A stretch of 64,000 nt of DNA from Candidatus Limnocylindrales bacterium (GCA_035540555.1 DATLGJ010000001.1:73032-137031), one strand, 5' to 3'. Shown: positions 9,998-20,410, numbered from the stretch's first letter. Notes: generated from the sequence alone by a model not told the origin. Numbers and translations: made by a program.

Positions 9998-12900
9998 CTA
10001 GTCGAGGCGTGCGGGCCCCGTCGCGTCAAGGATTGAGCGAGCGGCCAGCACGTCCGGAGTGGCATGGCCCTCAGGGAGGGAGGCGTAGACGTCGCGCAGC
10101 CGCGTGACCGCATCAACGCCGTCCCTGGTTGCGCCGAGCTGAGCGAGCCGTGTCGCCGCGCGCAGCTCCGTCCAGCGGGCGCCGGCCTGTGCGGATCGAT
10201 CAAGCGTCAGCCAGAGACCGGCTTCAGCCTGTTGACGCTCTCCCATCGCGCCCAGCAGCTCGCTCTTCTGCAAGAGCACGGCGATCGACGCGGCGTCTCC
10301 CCCGTCAAGGCTGATCGCCCGGTCGAGCAGGTCCAGTGCCTCGGCGTGCCGGCCGGCCATCGTGCAGGCCTGCGCGCGAAGGCTGAGCACAGCGGGCCAG
10401 AAGACGGGTGGTGCCTGCACGCCTTCGTACAGGGCGATGCCGCGCGTCATCCGCTCGAGTCCCACCTGGGCATCGTCGACGGCCGCATGGCATACCCCCT
10501 CAACGACCAGCCCGAGCGCTTCCCAGATGCGATAGTCGTTCTCCTGGGCGATCCTGATCACTTCCTGCGCATGCCGATCGCCGCTCTCGAACCTGCCCGC
10601 GATGACGTCGAGGTAGGCGACATGGAAGGTGGCGTAGGCCAACGAGTACGGATGCCGCAGGCGAGCAGCCAGCTCGAGAGCGGTCGCAGCGCGCGCGGCG
10701 GACGTCTCGGGGTATCCGAACAGCCAGTACAACAGTGCCGCGACCGCGGCTGCCGCCACCCCCGGCCGGGGACCGAGTCGCAACGGCGTCTTTCCATGCC
10801 GATCGGGATCGAACAGCTCGAGCGCTCGCTCGAGGTGACCCAGCCCCTCCTCCGGCTGACCCGTCAGGGCAAGAGGAGGCCCGACCAGCAGATGGCCTTC
10901 GACGAGGAGCTCGGCATCACCCTGGTCGTCAGCCAGCTCGAGCAGCTGGCGGCCAATGGCAGCTGTCTTGTCCACCTCGCCTCGGTACAGGTAGAAGCTG
11001 GCCAGGCTGCGCAGAACGGGCAGCTGCCTGGGCAGGGAGGCCGTCCTGTCGGACGCAGCGAGTGCCTGCAGATAAAGCCGCTCCACCTCCTCGGTGTAGC
11101 CCCGCAGGGCAAGCATGCCGCGCGCGAGGCTGAGGCTGATCACGGCCTGCTGATGCGCGCGCTCGGGCCCCGGCGCTGACGCCGATAGAACGCCCAGCAG
11201 ATCGTTCGTCAGCGCGATCGCCGCATGGTATGAGCCGCGTGCCTCATACAGCGGCCATAGCACGTCCAGCATGGAATGCAGCGCAGCGAGCTCTTGGGCC
11301 TCCACGAAGTAGAGCCACGCCAGCTGCAGGTTGCCCAGCTCGGCAGCCAGGTCGTCCAGCCCTGCCTCACGCCGCTCGCCTTGCAACCAGCCCCGACGGC
11401 TAGCCGCGAACTCGTTGAAGTACTCGGCGTGTGCGCGGCGCGCGACCGAGCCCAAGGCGGGATCCTGGGCCAGGCGGTCCGCGGCGTATTCACGGATCGT
11501 CTCGAGCATGACCAGCCTGCGGCCGCCGGGGTCCTCCACTGACCGAAGCAGGCTCTTGTCAACCAGCGATGCCAGGCGCTCGACGGGGTCGACGTTTCGC
11601 AACTGCTCGAGCCGCTCGACGACCGACTCGACCGCATCGACGCGCGCCGATGCGAAGAGCGACAGCACGGTGAAGAGCTGCTTCTCGTCATCGTCCAGAA
11701 GCTCGTAACTCCACTCGATCGTCGAACGCAACGTGCGCTGGCGTCCCGGCAGGTCCCGTTGCCCGCTCCGGAGGGCGTCGAGCCGGCTGCGCAGGCGGTC
11801 GCTCAGCTCCTCCAGCGAGAAGAGGCTCAGCCGCGCGGCGGCCAGCTCGATGGCCAGTGGCAGGCCGTCAAGCCGAACGCAGATATCGGCCACCAGCGGC
11901 CCGTTCGCCTCGGATAGGCTGAAGCCCGGCCGAGCTTCCCGCGCTCGGTACATGAACAGGCGTACTGCCTCGTAGCGCTCCAGATCGCCAACTGCGCCGG
12001 ATCCCGTGGCGGGATCGGGCAGGGACAGCGGCCCCAGCGGAACCAGGCGCTCTCCGCGTATGCGCAGCGCCTCCCGGCTGGTGACGAGAAACACGAGCTG
12101 GGGGCACGCCCTGAGAAGCTCGGCGAGGTCGTTGACGGCGGCCATCGCCTGCTCGAAGTTGTCCAGGATGAGCAGCAGACGCAGCGGGCGCAGCCGCTCA
12201 GCGAGCGCGTCGCGCAGGTCATCGTCGGCTCCGATCGACAGGCCGAGCGCCTCGACGATGGCACCGAGCACGGCAGCCCGGTCGCGCGTCGCAGACAGGT
12301 CCACGAAGAGCACCCCGTCAGGAAAACGGCCAGAGACGGCGGGCGCGGCCGCCAGCGACAGGCGGGTCTTGCCTATGCCACCCGGTCCGGTGAGAGTGAT
12401 CAGCCGGACGTCGTCGGTCGAGAGCATGTGGATCAGCGTCTCGAGCTCCTCTTCCCTGCCCACGAGCGGGGACGAGGGGGCCGGCACGTTGCTCCGAGCG
12501 CCGCCGGGCGATCTCGGCGGCCGGAGATCATCCGGGGCGCCGCGAGCGACGACCTGGAAGAGCCGCTCGCGACCGCGCAGGTCGCGCAGTCGGAACTCGC
12601 CAAGGTCGCGCAGCACGCTGCCCTCATCGAGGCCATCCCCGACCAACGAGCGGGTCGATGCCGACAGCAGGATCTGCCCTCCGTTTGCCGAGCCTCCGAT
12701 GCGCGCGGCGCGGTGAACGTCCAGACCGACATAGTCGCCCTCGCTCAAGCGGCCCTCGCCGGTGTGCAGCCCGATCCGCACCTTGACCTCGGCCCCCTCC
12801 GCCCATTCCTGGGCAGCCATGCCGCGCTGGATCTCGATCGCCGCGCGGACGGCGTCCGCAGCACGACTGAATACGGCAAAGAAGGAGTCACCCTCGGTGC

Positions 12901-13096
12901 TCACCTCGACTCCGTCGTGGCGCCCGAACGCGGCGCGGACCACCCGACGGTGCCGCTCGAGCAGCTCGGGATAGTCGTGCGGAAGACTCTCCAGCAGGCG
13001 GGTCGAGCCTTCTATGTCGCTGAAGAAGAAGGTGACGGTCCCGCTGGGCAAGTCGCGCATGGCACCCAGTGTGGTTCGATTCATCGGCCGGGGCAA
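9998..13096 (-). CDS. class III adenylate/guanylate cyclase domain fused to a STAND-type P-loop ATPase and a TPR array
   Basis: 1032 aa; cyclase motifs FFFSDIEGST, EGDSFFAVF, GLHTGE, GLDVHRAARI; P-loop LTGPGGIGKTRLS, Walker B LLLILDNFEQ; C-terminal half is helical-repeat-like; ATG at 13084 is an alternative start. Confidence 0.9.
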   Translation of the reverse strand: MPRPMNRTTLGAMRDLPSGTVTFFFSDIEGSTRLLESLPHDYPELLERHRRVVRAAFGRHDGVEVSTEGDSFFAVFSRAADAVRAAIEIQRGMAAQEWAEGAEVKVRIGLHTGEGRLSEGDYVGLDVHRAARIGGSANGGQILLSASTRSLVGDGLDEGSVLRDLGEFRLRDLRGRERLFQVVARGAPDDLRPPRSPGGARSNVPAPSSPLVGREEELETLIHMLSTDDVRLITLTGPGGIGKTRLSLAAAPAVSGRFPDGVLFVDLSATRDRAAVLGAIVEALGLSIGADDDLRDALAERLRPLRLLLILDNFEQAMAAVNDLAELLRACPQLVFLVTSREALRIRGERLVPLGPLSLPDPATGSGAVGDLERYEAVRLFMYRAREARPGFSLSEANGPLVADICVRLDGLPLAIELAAARLSLFSLEELSDRLRSRLDALRSGQRDLPGRQRTLRSTIEWSYELLDDDEKQLFTVLSLFASARVDAVESVVERLEQLRNVDPVERLASLVDKSLLRSVEDPGGRRLVMLETIREYAADRLAQDPALGSVARRAHAEYFNEFAASRRGWLQGERREAGLDDLAAELGNLQLAWLYFVEAQELAALHSMLDVLWPLYEARGSYHAAIALTNDLLGVLSASAPGPERAHQQAVISLSLARGMLALRGYTEEVERLYLQALAASDRTASLPRQLPVLRSLASFYLYRGEVDKTAAIGRQLLELADDQGDAELLVEGHLLVGPPLALTGQPEEGLGHLERALELFDPDRHGKTPLRLGPRPGVAAAAVAALLYWLFGYPETSAARAATALELAARLRHPYSLAYATFHVAYLDVIAGRFESGDRHAQEVIRIAQENDYRIWEALGLVVEGVCHAAVDDAQVGLERMTRGIALYEGVQAPPVFWPAVLSLRAQACTMAGRHAEALDLLDRAISLDGGDAASIAVLLQKSELLGAMGERQQAEAGLWLTLDRSAQAGARWTELRAATRLAQLGATRDGVDAVTRLRDVYASLPEGHATPDVLAARSILDATGPARLD

Positions 13097-13135
13097 TCTT
13101 CCGAAGCGAAGATGCTGGCGAGCTGACGCTCTTTG

Positions 13136-14206
13136 CTATGTCCGCGGGTCGGGCTGATCGGCCAGCTCAAGGAAAGCCTCGGCAGCTGCCCTCGCCTCGC
13201 TCGACAGCCCCGTCGGGAGGACCACCCGCACCTTTGCGTAAAGGTCACCGCGGCCTTCGCCACGGAAGCGCGGCAGCCCCTGGCCAGCGAGCCGGAAGGT
13301 GCGCCCATTCTGCGTTTCGGCCGGTATCCGCAGCAGCACCCGGCCGCCCAATGTATGAACCGGGACTTCGCCGCCCAGCAGCGCCTCGTGCAGCGTCACG
13401 GGGACTTCCCGACGCAGGTCGGCGCCTTCGCGCACGAAGACCGGGTGTGACCGGACGCGAACCTTCAGGTAGACGTCGCTGCCCTCCGGTCCCACGCCCG
13501 AGAAGCGGATGCGCTGGCCGTCGGCAACTCCCGGCGGGATGGTCACCTCGATGCGCCGGCCCTCCATCTCCAGCCGCCGGCTGCTGCCCGTCGCGACCTC
13601 TTCCAGGCTGACCTCGGCCTCCGCTTCCAGCGCACTCCGGCGCCTCGTCGCCGTGCGCCGGCCGTTGTTCTCGCGGCCGAACTCGGTGCCACCCAGGCCG
13701 GCGAGGATGTCTTCGAGTGAGCCGCTCGCCGCTCGTCCCTGTGACCCGCCTCCGCTCTGGGCGAAGCCGCCGGCCTCAGCGAAATCACCAGGCTGGCGAA
13801 AGGAGCCCGCGCCGAACGGTGACTCACCGCCGCCGAAGAAGGTTCGGAAGAAGTCGGAGAAGCCTTCCAGGTCCTCCGGATTGCCCCTGAACTCGAAGCG
13901 CACGCCGCCCGGGCCACCAGATCCCTGGAAACCGGCGAATGGCTCACCGGGTCGACCTCCGGCCGCCCCGGCCTGCTGGTAAGCCTGCCAGTTGGCGCCG
14001 AGCTGGTCGTACAGCTTGCGCTTCTCCGGATCACCGAGCACCTCGTGGGCCTCGCTGATCTCCTTGAAGCGTCGTTCAGCCTCGGGGTTGCCCTTGTTGA
14101 CGTCGGGGTGGTGCTGCCGGGCGAGCTTGCGGAAGGCCTTCTTGATGTCGGCCTGACTGGCACTCCGCGGCACGCCCAGGGCGGCGTAGTAGTCGCGGTA
14201 CTCCAT
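13136..14206 (-). CDS. cbpA: J-domain co-chaperone without zinc finger (CbpA/DnaJ class II-like)
   Basis: 356 aa; [33 protein letters not shown] (HPD), G/F-rich linker, C-terminal beta domains, no CxxCxGxG repeats. Confidence 0.9.
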   Translation of the reverse strand: MEYRDYYAALGVPRSASQADIKKAFRKLARQHHPDVNKGNPEAERRFKEISEAHEVLGDPEKRKLYDQLGANWQAYQQAGAAGGRPGEPFAGFQGSGGPGGVRFEFRGNPEDLEGFSDFFRTFFGGGESPFGAGSFRQPGDFAEAGGFAQSGGGSQGRAASGSLEDILAGLGGTEFGRENNGRRTATRRRSALEAEAEVSLEEVATGSSRRLEMEGRRIEVTIPPGVADGQRIRFSGVGPEGSDVYLKVRVRSHPVFVREGADLRREVPVTLHEALLGGEVPVHTLGGRVLLRIPAETQNGRTFRLAGQGLPRFRGEGRGDLYAKVRVVLPTGLSSEARAAAEAFLELADQPDPRT

Positions 14207-14234
14207 CGCTGCTCACCATCCGGTCGGCACCGGC

Positions 14235-16751
14235 CTAGCGGCCGCCCTCGTGGGCGCCCGCCTGGGCCGGCGGCTGGTCCGTGCCCGGGAAGCCCCGCCG
14301 CATCTTGTCGGGCGCGGCGGGCTGCTCGCGCGGCTCCTCACCGCGCTCGAGGATCTCGGCCGGGGTGGTCTTGAGCGCAACCGGCTTGCGCACCAGGGCG
14401 TGCTCCAGAACCTGATCCATCGACTCGACCATGACCAGCTTGATCTGCTTGCGGATCTCCTCGGGTACGTCGCGGATGTCCTTCTCGTTCTTCAGCGGCA
14501 GGATCACGCGTCGGGCGCCCGAAAGGTGCGCGGCGAGGATCTTGCTCTTCAGGCCGCCGATCGGCAGCACCCGCCCGCGGAGGGTGATCTCACCGGTCAT
14601 CGCCACGTCCCTGCGAACCGGGATGCCGGTGAAGCCGCTGACCATCGCCACGGCCATGGTGATGCCTGCGGAAGGACCATCCTTGGGAATGGCACCTGCA
14701 GGCACGTGGATGTGAAGGGTGTTCTTCTCGAAGGTGTCGCGGGCGATGCCCAGCTCCTCGGCTCGCGCCCGGATCCACGACAGCCCCGCCCGAGCCGACT
14801 CGCGCATGACCTCGCCAAGCTGGCCGGTGAGGATGAAGTCCTCCTTGCCGGGCATCTTGGTCACCTCGACCGAGACCACGTCTCCGCCGACCTCGGTGAC
14901 GACCAGCCCGGTAGCGGCACCGATCTGGTCCTCGGTCTCGAGCTCGCCGTACTCGAAGCGCGGCGGCCCGAGCAGGGCGGCGAGCTTCTTGGTGTCGACG
15001 ACCGTCTTGCGCTTGCGGCCCTCGGCCACAGTGCGGGCGACCTTGCGCATGACGTTGGCGATCTCGCGCTCGAGGTTACGGACGCCGGCCTCCTTGGTGT
15101 AGGCCTGGACGAGCTCGGTCATGGCCTCGTCGGTGATCGTCACGTGCTTCGCGGACAGCCCGTGGTTCTCCATCTGCTTCGGGATGAGGAAGCGCTTGCC
15201 GATCTCAATCTTCTCCTGCTGGGTGTAGCCCGGCAGCTGGATTACCTCCATCCGGTCGCGCAGCGGGGCAGGGATCGGGTCGAGCAGGTTGCCGGTCGCG
15301 ATGAAGAGCACCTTCGACAGGTCGAAGGGCACCTCCAGGTAGTTGTCCTGGAAGGTGTTGTTCTGCTCCGGGTCGAGCACCTCGAGCAGGGCCGACGACG
15401 GATCGCCGCGGAAGTCCATGCCGATCTTGTCGACCTCGTCGAGCATGAAGACCGGGTTGTTGGTGCCGGCGGTCTTGATGTTCTGGATCACCCGGCCCGG
15501 CAGCGCGCCGATGTAGGTCCGTCGATGACCGCGGATCTCGGCCTCGTCGTGGATGCCACCGAGGCTCATGCGCACGAACTTGCGGCCCATCGCGCGGGCC
15601 ACGCTTTTGCCGAGCGAGGTCTTGCCCACGCCGGGCGGCCCGACGAAGGCCAGGATCGGGCTGCGGATGGTGTCGGCCAGCGATCGCACGGCGAGGTACT
15701 CGAGGATGCGCTCCTTGATCTTCTCGAGGCCGTAGTGGTCCTCGTCGAGGATCATGGCCGCTTCCTTGATGTCGAGCCGGTCCTCCGTCGATACGTTCCA
15801 GGGCAGGCCGACCAGCCAGTCGACGTAGGTGCGGATGACGCCGACCTCGGGCGAGGCCGAGGGGATGCGGCTCATCCGGTCGATCTCCTTGATCGCCCGT
15901 GCCTTGATCTCCTCGGGCATGCCGGCCTGCTCGACCTTCTCGCGGAGCTCGTTGATCTCCGCCTGCTGCGGGTCGTCCTCGCCAAGCTCGCGCTGGATGG
16001 CCTTCAGCTGCTCGCGCAGGATGTACTCGCGCTGGGTCTTGTCCATCTCGGACTTGACCTCGGACTGGATCTTGCCCTTCAGCTCCAGAATCTCGATCTG
16101 GCGGCCGAGGAAGGTCGAAACGAGCTTAAGCCGCTCATGGACGTCGATCGTCTCGAGCAGCTCCTGGCGCTGCTCGGTGGTCATGTCCGGGCTGTAAGCG
16201 ACCATGTCGGCGAGCAGCCCCGGCTCGGTGATGTTGCGCGCCGCGACGGCTGCCTCGGGCGGCACTGGCGCGCCGGACTGCACGTACTGCTCGATCTGGG
16301 CCTGGACGGTCCGAACCAGCGCCTGGACCTCGAGGTCGGCCGCCGGCTGATCGTGCACCACCTCGACGCGGGCCAGGATGTAGGGCTCGTGGCTGACGAA
16401 GGCCAGCAGGCGCAGCCGGTCCTGGCCCTGGACGATGGCCCGGACGGTGCCGTCCTGCAGCTGGACGACCTGGGCGATCTTGGCCAGCGTGCCGACGCCG
16501 TAAAGCTCGCCGGCCTCGTTGATGTCCTCGCGTTCCGCCTGGCGCTGCGTCACCAGCGCAATCGGGCTGCCGTCAGCGACGGCCTTGTTGAGCGCCTGGA
16601 CGGACTTGTCGCGGCCCACCTGGAGGGGCACGATCATCTCGGGGAAGATCACCGTCTCGCGCAGGGCGACCAGGGGCAGCTCGCGCACGTCGCCGTCCGG
16701 CTGCCCCTCGTCGTCATTGGCCTGCCCGAACGGGCCTTCGATGTCAGTCAT
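14235..16751 (-). CDS. lon: ATP-dependent Lon protease
   Basis: 838 aa; LON N-domain, [13 protein letters not shown], catalytic [17 protein letters not shown]. Confidence 0.97.
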   Translation of the reverse strand: MTDIEGPFGQANDDEGQPDGDVRELPLVALRETVIFPEMIVPLQVGRDKSVQALNKAVADGSPIALVTQRQAEREDINEAGELYGVGTLAKIAQVVQLQDGTVRAIVQGQDRLRLLAFVSHEPYILARVEVVHDQPAADLEVQALVRTVQAQIEQYVQSGAPVPPEAAVAARNITEPGLLADMVAYSPDMTTEQRQELLETIDVHERLKLVSTFLGRQIEILELKGKIQSEVKSEMDKTQREYILREQLKAIQRELGEDDPQQAEINELREKVEQAGMPEEIKARAIKEIDRMSRIPSASPEVGVIRTYVDWLVGLPWNVSTEDRLDIKEAAMILDEDHYGLEKIKERILEYLAVRSLADTIRSPILAFVGPPGVGKTSLGKSVARAMGRKFVRMSLGGIHDEAEIRGHRRTYIGALPGRVIQNIKTAGTNNPVFMLDEVDKIGMDFRGDPSSALLEVLDPEQNNTFQDNYLEVPFDLSKVLFIATGNLLDPIPAPLRDRMEVIQLPGYTQQEKIEIGKRFLIPKQMENHGLSAKHVTITDEAMTELVQAYTKEAGVRNLEREIANVMRKVARTVAEGRKRKTVVDTKKLAALLGPPRFEYGELETEDQIGAATGLVVTEVGGDVVSVEVTKMPGKEDFILTGQLGEVMRESARAGLSWIRARAEELGIARDTFEKNTLHIHVPAGAIPKDGPSAGITMAVAMVSGFTGIPVRRDVAMTGEITLRGRVLPIGGLKSKILAAHLSGARRVILPLKNEKDIRDVPEEIRKQIKLVMVESMDQVLEHALVRKPVALKTTPAEILERGEEPREQPAAPDKMRRGFPGTDQPPAQAGAHEGGR

Positions 16752-16763
16752 CAGATCTCCTGG

Positions 16764-17165
16764 CTAGCCCGCGGCCTGCTCGGCGTCGGGCTGGGTCTCG
16801 TTGTCTTTCTGTCGATCGCGATAGAGGGTCTCGAGAATGCGCATTCCGAGACGCTCCTCGAGCTCGAACAGGACGCGCACCCCGGCCAGGTTCACGCCCA
16901 GGTTCTGGGTCAGGTGGCGGATCCACATGACCCGCCTGATGTCGTTCTCCGAGTAAAGACGAATGTTGGTCCGCGTGCGTGCCGGACAGACCAGGCCTTC
17001 TACCTCGTAGATGCGCAGAGTGCGCGGGTGGACCCGAACCAGCTCCGCCGCCACGCTGATGACGTAGACGGGCCGGGTCGGATCACGGCCGGGACTGTCG
17101 TCGGCACGCAGGCGGGCCCTCACCGGCTCAGCTCTGGCCGCCGTCGGACGACTGGTCGTGCTCAC
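16764..17165 (-). CDS. hspR: MerR-family heat-shock repressor HspR
   Basis: 133 aa; [63 protein letters not shown] closely follows the HspR pattern; overlaps the hsp20 end by 38 nt, so the start may be further downstream. Confidence 0.85.
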   Translation of the reverse strand: MSTTSRPTAARAEPVRARLRADDSPGRDPTRPVYVISVAAELVRVHPRTLRIYEVEGLVCPARTRTNIRLYSENDIRRVMWIRHLTQNLGVNLAGVRVLFELEERLGMRILETLYRDRQKDNETQPDAEQAAG

Positions 17166-17649
17166 GTCCCTGCTCGCCCTGGCCGATCGACCCGTGGCTC
17201 TGCCCGTCTCCGTTCGCGTTGACCTTGATCTGGCGCGGCTTGGCCGCCTCCGCCTTGGGGATGCTCAGCCTGAGCAGGCCGTTCTCGAAAGCCGCTGCTG
17301 CGCGGTCAGCGTCCAGGCCGCCGGGCAGAGCAACGCTGCGGCTGAAGCTGCCCCGCCGGATCTCGCGATACGAGTAGCCGGACTCCTCCGACCTCTTCTC
17401 CTCGCTCGTCCGGGCGCTGATCGTCAGCGTGTCGCCAAGGACCGAGATCTCGACGTCGTCCGGGCGCACTCCCGGCAGCGCCGCCTCGATGACAACCGCG
17501 TTGTCCTCGTTATAGACGTCCAACGGCAGCGGGTGCTGGGCCTCGCCGAGCGCGCCGGGTCGGATGTACGAATCCTCGAACAGGCGGTCCATCGCCTGGC
17601 GCAGCGACAGGAGCTCGCCAAAGGGGCTGTTTCGTCGCATCAGCGTCAT
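17128..17649 (-). CDS. hsp20: small heat-shock protein (alpha-crystallin/Hsp20 family)
   Basis: 173 aa; [29 protein letters not shown]...[14 protein letters not shown]. Confidence 0.9.
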   Translation of the reverse strand: MTLMRRNSPFGELLSLRQAMDRLFEDSYIRPGALGEAQHPLPLDVYNEDNAVVIEAALPGVRPDDVEISVLGDTLTISARTSEEKRSEESGYSYREIRRGSFSRSVALPGGLDADRAAAAFENGLLRLSIPKAEAAKPRQIKVNANGDGQSHGSIGQGEQGREHDQSSDGGQS

Positions 17650-17705
17650 CTCCTACCTCCATCAGCGCGGGGATGGAGTCCCCGTGGTTGGTTGACTACG
17701 TCGAC

Positions 17706-17734
17706 AGGCTAAAGGTTGACAATCCCATTGTCAA
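17706..17734 (-). promoter_or_regulatory. candidate hsp20-operon promoter (TTGACA-N17-TAGCCT) overlapping a perfect inverted repeat TTGACAA-N5-TTGTCAA (17716-17734)
   Basis: read directly on the minus strand: gTTGACAATGGGATTGTCAAccttTAGCCT, about 55 nt upstream of the hsp20 ATG. Confidence 0.55.
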
Positions 17735-17833
17735 CATAGTTGTCCACAGGGGGCTGCCGAAGTTGCGGTGCACAGGTGACTGCCTGCCGCCACGTACCCA
17801 CCTCTCCGGCCGCCGGCTGAGCAGTCGGCCAGC

Positions 17834-18523
17834 TCACTCGAGCGCCACCTCCTCGATCAGCCAGACAACGCCGGGGTGGTCCATCGGCAGCCATTCCGGC
17901 GATGGCGCCGGGCGGGAGGCAAGCGTGACCCACCCCAGCCGTTCGACCACGACGGTCTCCTGGGTGGCGGTGGGAACGAGCCCGAAGAGGCTGGCCTCGA
18001 CCCGCCGTCGGCGAACGACATCGACCGCCACGGTGGTCCGCTGCCCGTCCTCTCGGCCCACCTGCTCGAAACGCAGGCTGTTGAACGGTCGGGCCGGGTC
18101 CAGCCCCGACAGCTCGCCATAGCGAGCGGCGGCATCGCGGACGAGGGTCTCCATGCGCTGGCGCTGGGCGGCCCACTCGTCGGCCAGCCGGGTAGGGTTG
18201 ACCGGCTCGGCGAAGAGGCGCGCGGCGGTCTCCGGCCTTCCAGCCTGCCACGCGGCCACGTAGTGCTGGAGTGTCGCCGCAGGTGACGCGCGGCCCCCGC
18301 CGGCCAGCCAAAAGCCGCTGAGCAGCACGATGACGAGGGGCAAGACGACGGCCAGCTGGAACTCGCCTCCGGGGGCCGCTCCCCGGGCAAGCGCGAGCCG
18401 GTGTGCATGCATCGCCTGGCCGAGCCACGCCCCAATCAGCAGCACGAGCGCCGGGAAGACGGTGATCCAGCGGCTGCTGTCCATCAGCACCGCGGCCAGG
18501 CCAAGGAGGCCAAGGATGGCCAA
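17834..18523 (-). CDS. membrane protein with a C-terminal soluble domain, unknown function; may extend to 18649
   Basis: 229 aa from TTG 18523. The frame stays open upstream and encodes membrane-protein-like LNGSHRADTSAAAVLRRALLAWGTGHLALGDRRGWALLALQP with only a CTG (18649-18647) as possible start. Confidence 0.6.
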   Translation of the reverse strand: MAILGLLGLAAVLMDSSRWITVFPALVLLIGAWLGQAMHAHRLALARGAAPGGEFQLAVVLPLVIVLLSGFWLAGGGRASPAATLQHYVAAWQAGRPETAARLFAEPVNPTRLADEWAAQRQRMETLVRDAAARYGELSGLDPARPFNSLRFEQVGREDGQRTTVAVDVVRRRRVEASLFGLVPTATQETVVVERLGWVTLASRPAPSPEWLPMDHPGVVWLIEEVALE

Positions 18524-18645
18524 TGGCTGAAGGGCCAGCAGCGCCCAGCCACGCCGATCGCCCAGCGCCAGGTGGCCCGTGCCCCAGGCCAGCAGCGCGC
18601 GGCGGAGGACGGCCGCCGCCGAGGTGTCCGCGCGGTGGCTGCCGT

Positions 18646-19335
18646 TCAGGTGGCTGCCGAGGCCTCTGCCGCTGGGCTGTCCCCGATCAGCTGCCGGCGG
18701 AGATCGAGCTCGCAGTCGGCGCGCGATACGGCAAGTACCTTGTCACCCTGTCGGAAGACGGTCTCCGGTCGGAGCGGCATGACCTCGTCACCCCGCAGAA
18801 CCACGAACAACCGGCAGCCTTCGGGCAGGTTGATGTCGGCGGGCTGTCGGCCGATGGCCGGCGAGTCAGGCCCTATCTGAGCCTCGAGCAGCTCCATCTC
18901 GCCGGCGCCGAGCTGGGCCAGGTGCAGCACCTCGTGGACGGGAATGTCCTGCTCGATGGCACCGAGCGCCATCTTGGTCGGGCTGATCACCTCGTCCACG
19001 CCGAGGTGGCGAAAGAGCGATTCGTTGCGTGGGTTGTTGACCCGAGCGATCGTGCGTGGGACCTGGAAGTGGTGCTTGGCCATCTGGCAGATGACCATGT
19101 TGTCCTCGTCGTCGCCGGTCACGGCGGCGACGATGGAAGCACGGTTGGCGCCGGCCTCAGCCAGGTGCTTGCCCTCACAGCCATCACGCGGCAGCACGAT
19201 GCTGCCCAGCTCGTCCGCAATCTGGCGCGCCCGACGCTCATTCTTCTCGAGCACAACGATCTCGTGGCCCGCCTCCAGCAGCTCCTTCGAGAGGTAGAAC
19301 CCGACGCGCCCGCCGCCGACGACGATGATGTACAC
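18646..19335 (-). CDS. trkA: Trk/Ktr-type K+ transport regulatory protein (RCK N + C domains)
   Basis: C-terminal 229 aa of track ORF 18646..19614; GTG start at 19335 lies 1 nt after the upstream stop; IIVVGGGRVGFYL Rossmann motif plus a TrkA-C part. Confidence 0.85.
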   Translation of the reverse strand: MYIIVVGGGRVGFYLSKELLEAGHEIVVLEKNERRARQIADELGSIVLPRDGCEGKHLAEAGANRASIVAAVTGDDEDNMVICQMAKHHFQVPRTIARVNNPRNESLFRHLGVDEVISPTKMALGAIEQDIPVHEVLHLAQLGAGEMELLEAQIGPDSPAIGRQPADINLPEGCRLFVVLRGDEVMPLRPETVFRQGDKVLAVSRADCELDLRRQLIGDSPAAEASAAT

Positions 19336-19336
19336 G

Positions 19337-19837
19337 TCAGCGCCCTTCCCGGCCCGTCGCGATGGCGGCCTGCCGTCGCTCCTCGGCGTGGACGTGATGA
19401 GCCGTCGCCGGCTGCACGCCATCGGCGCCCGGATCGGGCTCCATGCCGCCGTACCGCGCGAGGGCGTCGATGAGCAGGCGCGTGCGGCAGATGGTGGCCA
19501 GGCCAAGGGCGGTGTACGCCTCCGCCCGCACCGGGTCATTGATCTTGGCCACCACTCGCCGGACGCCGAAAGTCTCGCTGGCGAGCTGGGCGGCGAGGGC
19601 GTTGCGGTTATCACCCTCGGTCAGGGCAAAAAACATGTCCGCGCCGTCCGTGCCCGCCCGGCGCAGAACCGCCTCGTCGGTGCCATCACCGCGCAGCGCC
19701 TGGCCCGGAAAGTCCCCCTCGAGGCGGTTGAAGGCTGAGCTCTCCAGGTCGAGGATCGTCACGTCGTGGCCTTCCCGCGCCATGCGCTCCGCAAGGCCGG
19801 CCCCGACCCGGCCGCAGCCCACGATGATCACCTTCAC
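19337..19837 (-). CDS. TrkA-N (RCK N-terminal, NAD-binding) domain protein
   Basis: 166 aa; MKVIIVGCGRVGAGLA...TEGDNRNALAAQLA; no TrkA-C part. Confidence 0.8.
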   Translation of the reverse strand: MKVIIVGCGRVGAGLAERMAREGHDVTILDLESSAFNRLEGDFPGQALRGDGTDEAVLRRAGTDGADMFFALTEGDNRNALAAQLASETFGVRRVVAKINDPVRAEAYTALGLATICRTRLLIDALARYGGMEPDPGADGVQPATAHHVHAEERRQAAIATGREGR

Positions 19838-19850
19838 GGCGCCGCCCGGA

Positions 19851-20363
19851 TCAGCGCCGCAACCGGCTGGTCATGCCGGCCTGGAAGGGATGGACTGATT
19901 TCCCGCCCCGCTCCTCGCTGGTGGCGACCGCCTCGCGCACGACGACAACCCGCCCGGGCGCGTTCTGGAGCACGTACGGCAGGGTGTTGCCAAGGGCGAA
20001 ATCGCCGCCGAAACGCTGCCGGTAGGGCAGCCCGATGAACAACGCGTCGGCACCCAGCTCGATCGCCTCGTCGACGAGGGCGGCACCGACGTCGCGCGCC
20101 TGGAGCAGCTCACCCTGCAGGCGGACCTTGTGCCGGCCGGCAATCTCGTCGGCGCGATCGAGGATGGTCATCGCCTGCTCGCGACCAACGTCATCGGACA
20201 GCTCGTGCGTCCAGTCGACCTCGACCACGTGCACGGCGAACAGCTCGGCGTTCAACGGCCTGGCCAGCTGGCAGGCCATGCTGACCACGAGGTCATCGGT
20301 CGGGCCACCATTGAGCCCGACGACCGCCCGGCTGAACGGGGGCGCGGGGTTACCTCCAGTCAT
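19851..20363 (-). CDS. universal stress protein family
   Basis: 170 aa; USP pattern AVVGLNGGP...HVVEV...ADALFIGL...GNTLPYVLQNAPGRVVVV. Confidence 0.8.
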   Translation of the reverse strand: MTGGNPAPPFSRAVVGLNGGPTDDLVVSMACQLARPLNAELFAVHVVEVDWTHELSDDVGREQAMTILDRADEIAGRHKVRLQGELLQARDVGAALVDEAIELGADALFIGLPYRQRFGGDFALGNTLPYVLQNAPGRVVVVREAVATSEERGGKSVHPFQAGMTSRLRR

Positions 20364-20410
20364 CGATGAGCAAGCCTACACCCGGCACGGCGGCCCGGCC
20401 GACCGCGAGG

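Noticed and set aside
9998-13096. Pycsar/CBASS- or Avs-type antiviral system (cyclase effector plus cNMP-binding effectors)
   Set aside because: The cNMP-binding genes are 27 kb away and lack effector (TM/TIR/nuclease) domains. Cyclase-ATPase-TPR proteins are common signalling proteins in GC-rich Gram-positives. The neighbours are chaperones, not defence or mobile genes. Kept only as an unusual operon context.
14250-17222. 990-aa plus-strand ORF
   Set aside because: Antisense shadow of lon and hspR in GC-rich DNA. It has low-complexity Arg/Gly/Leu/Asp composition and no motifs, while the minus strand carries unambiguous Lon signatures.
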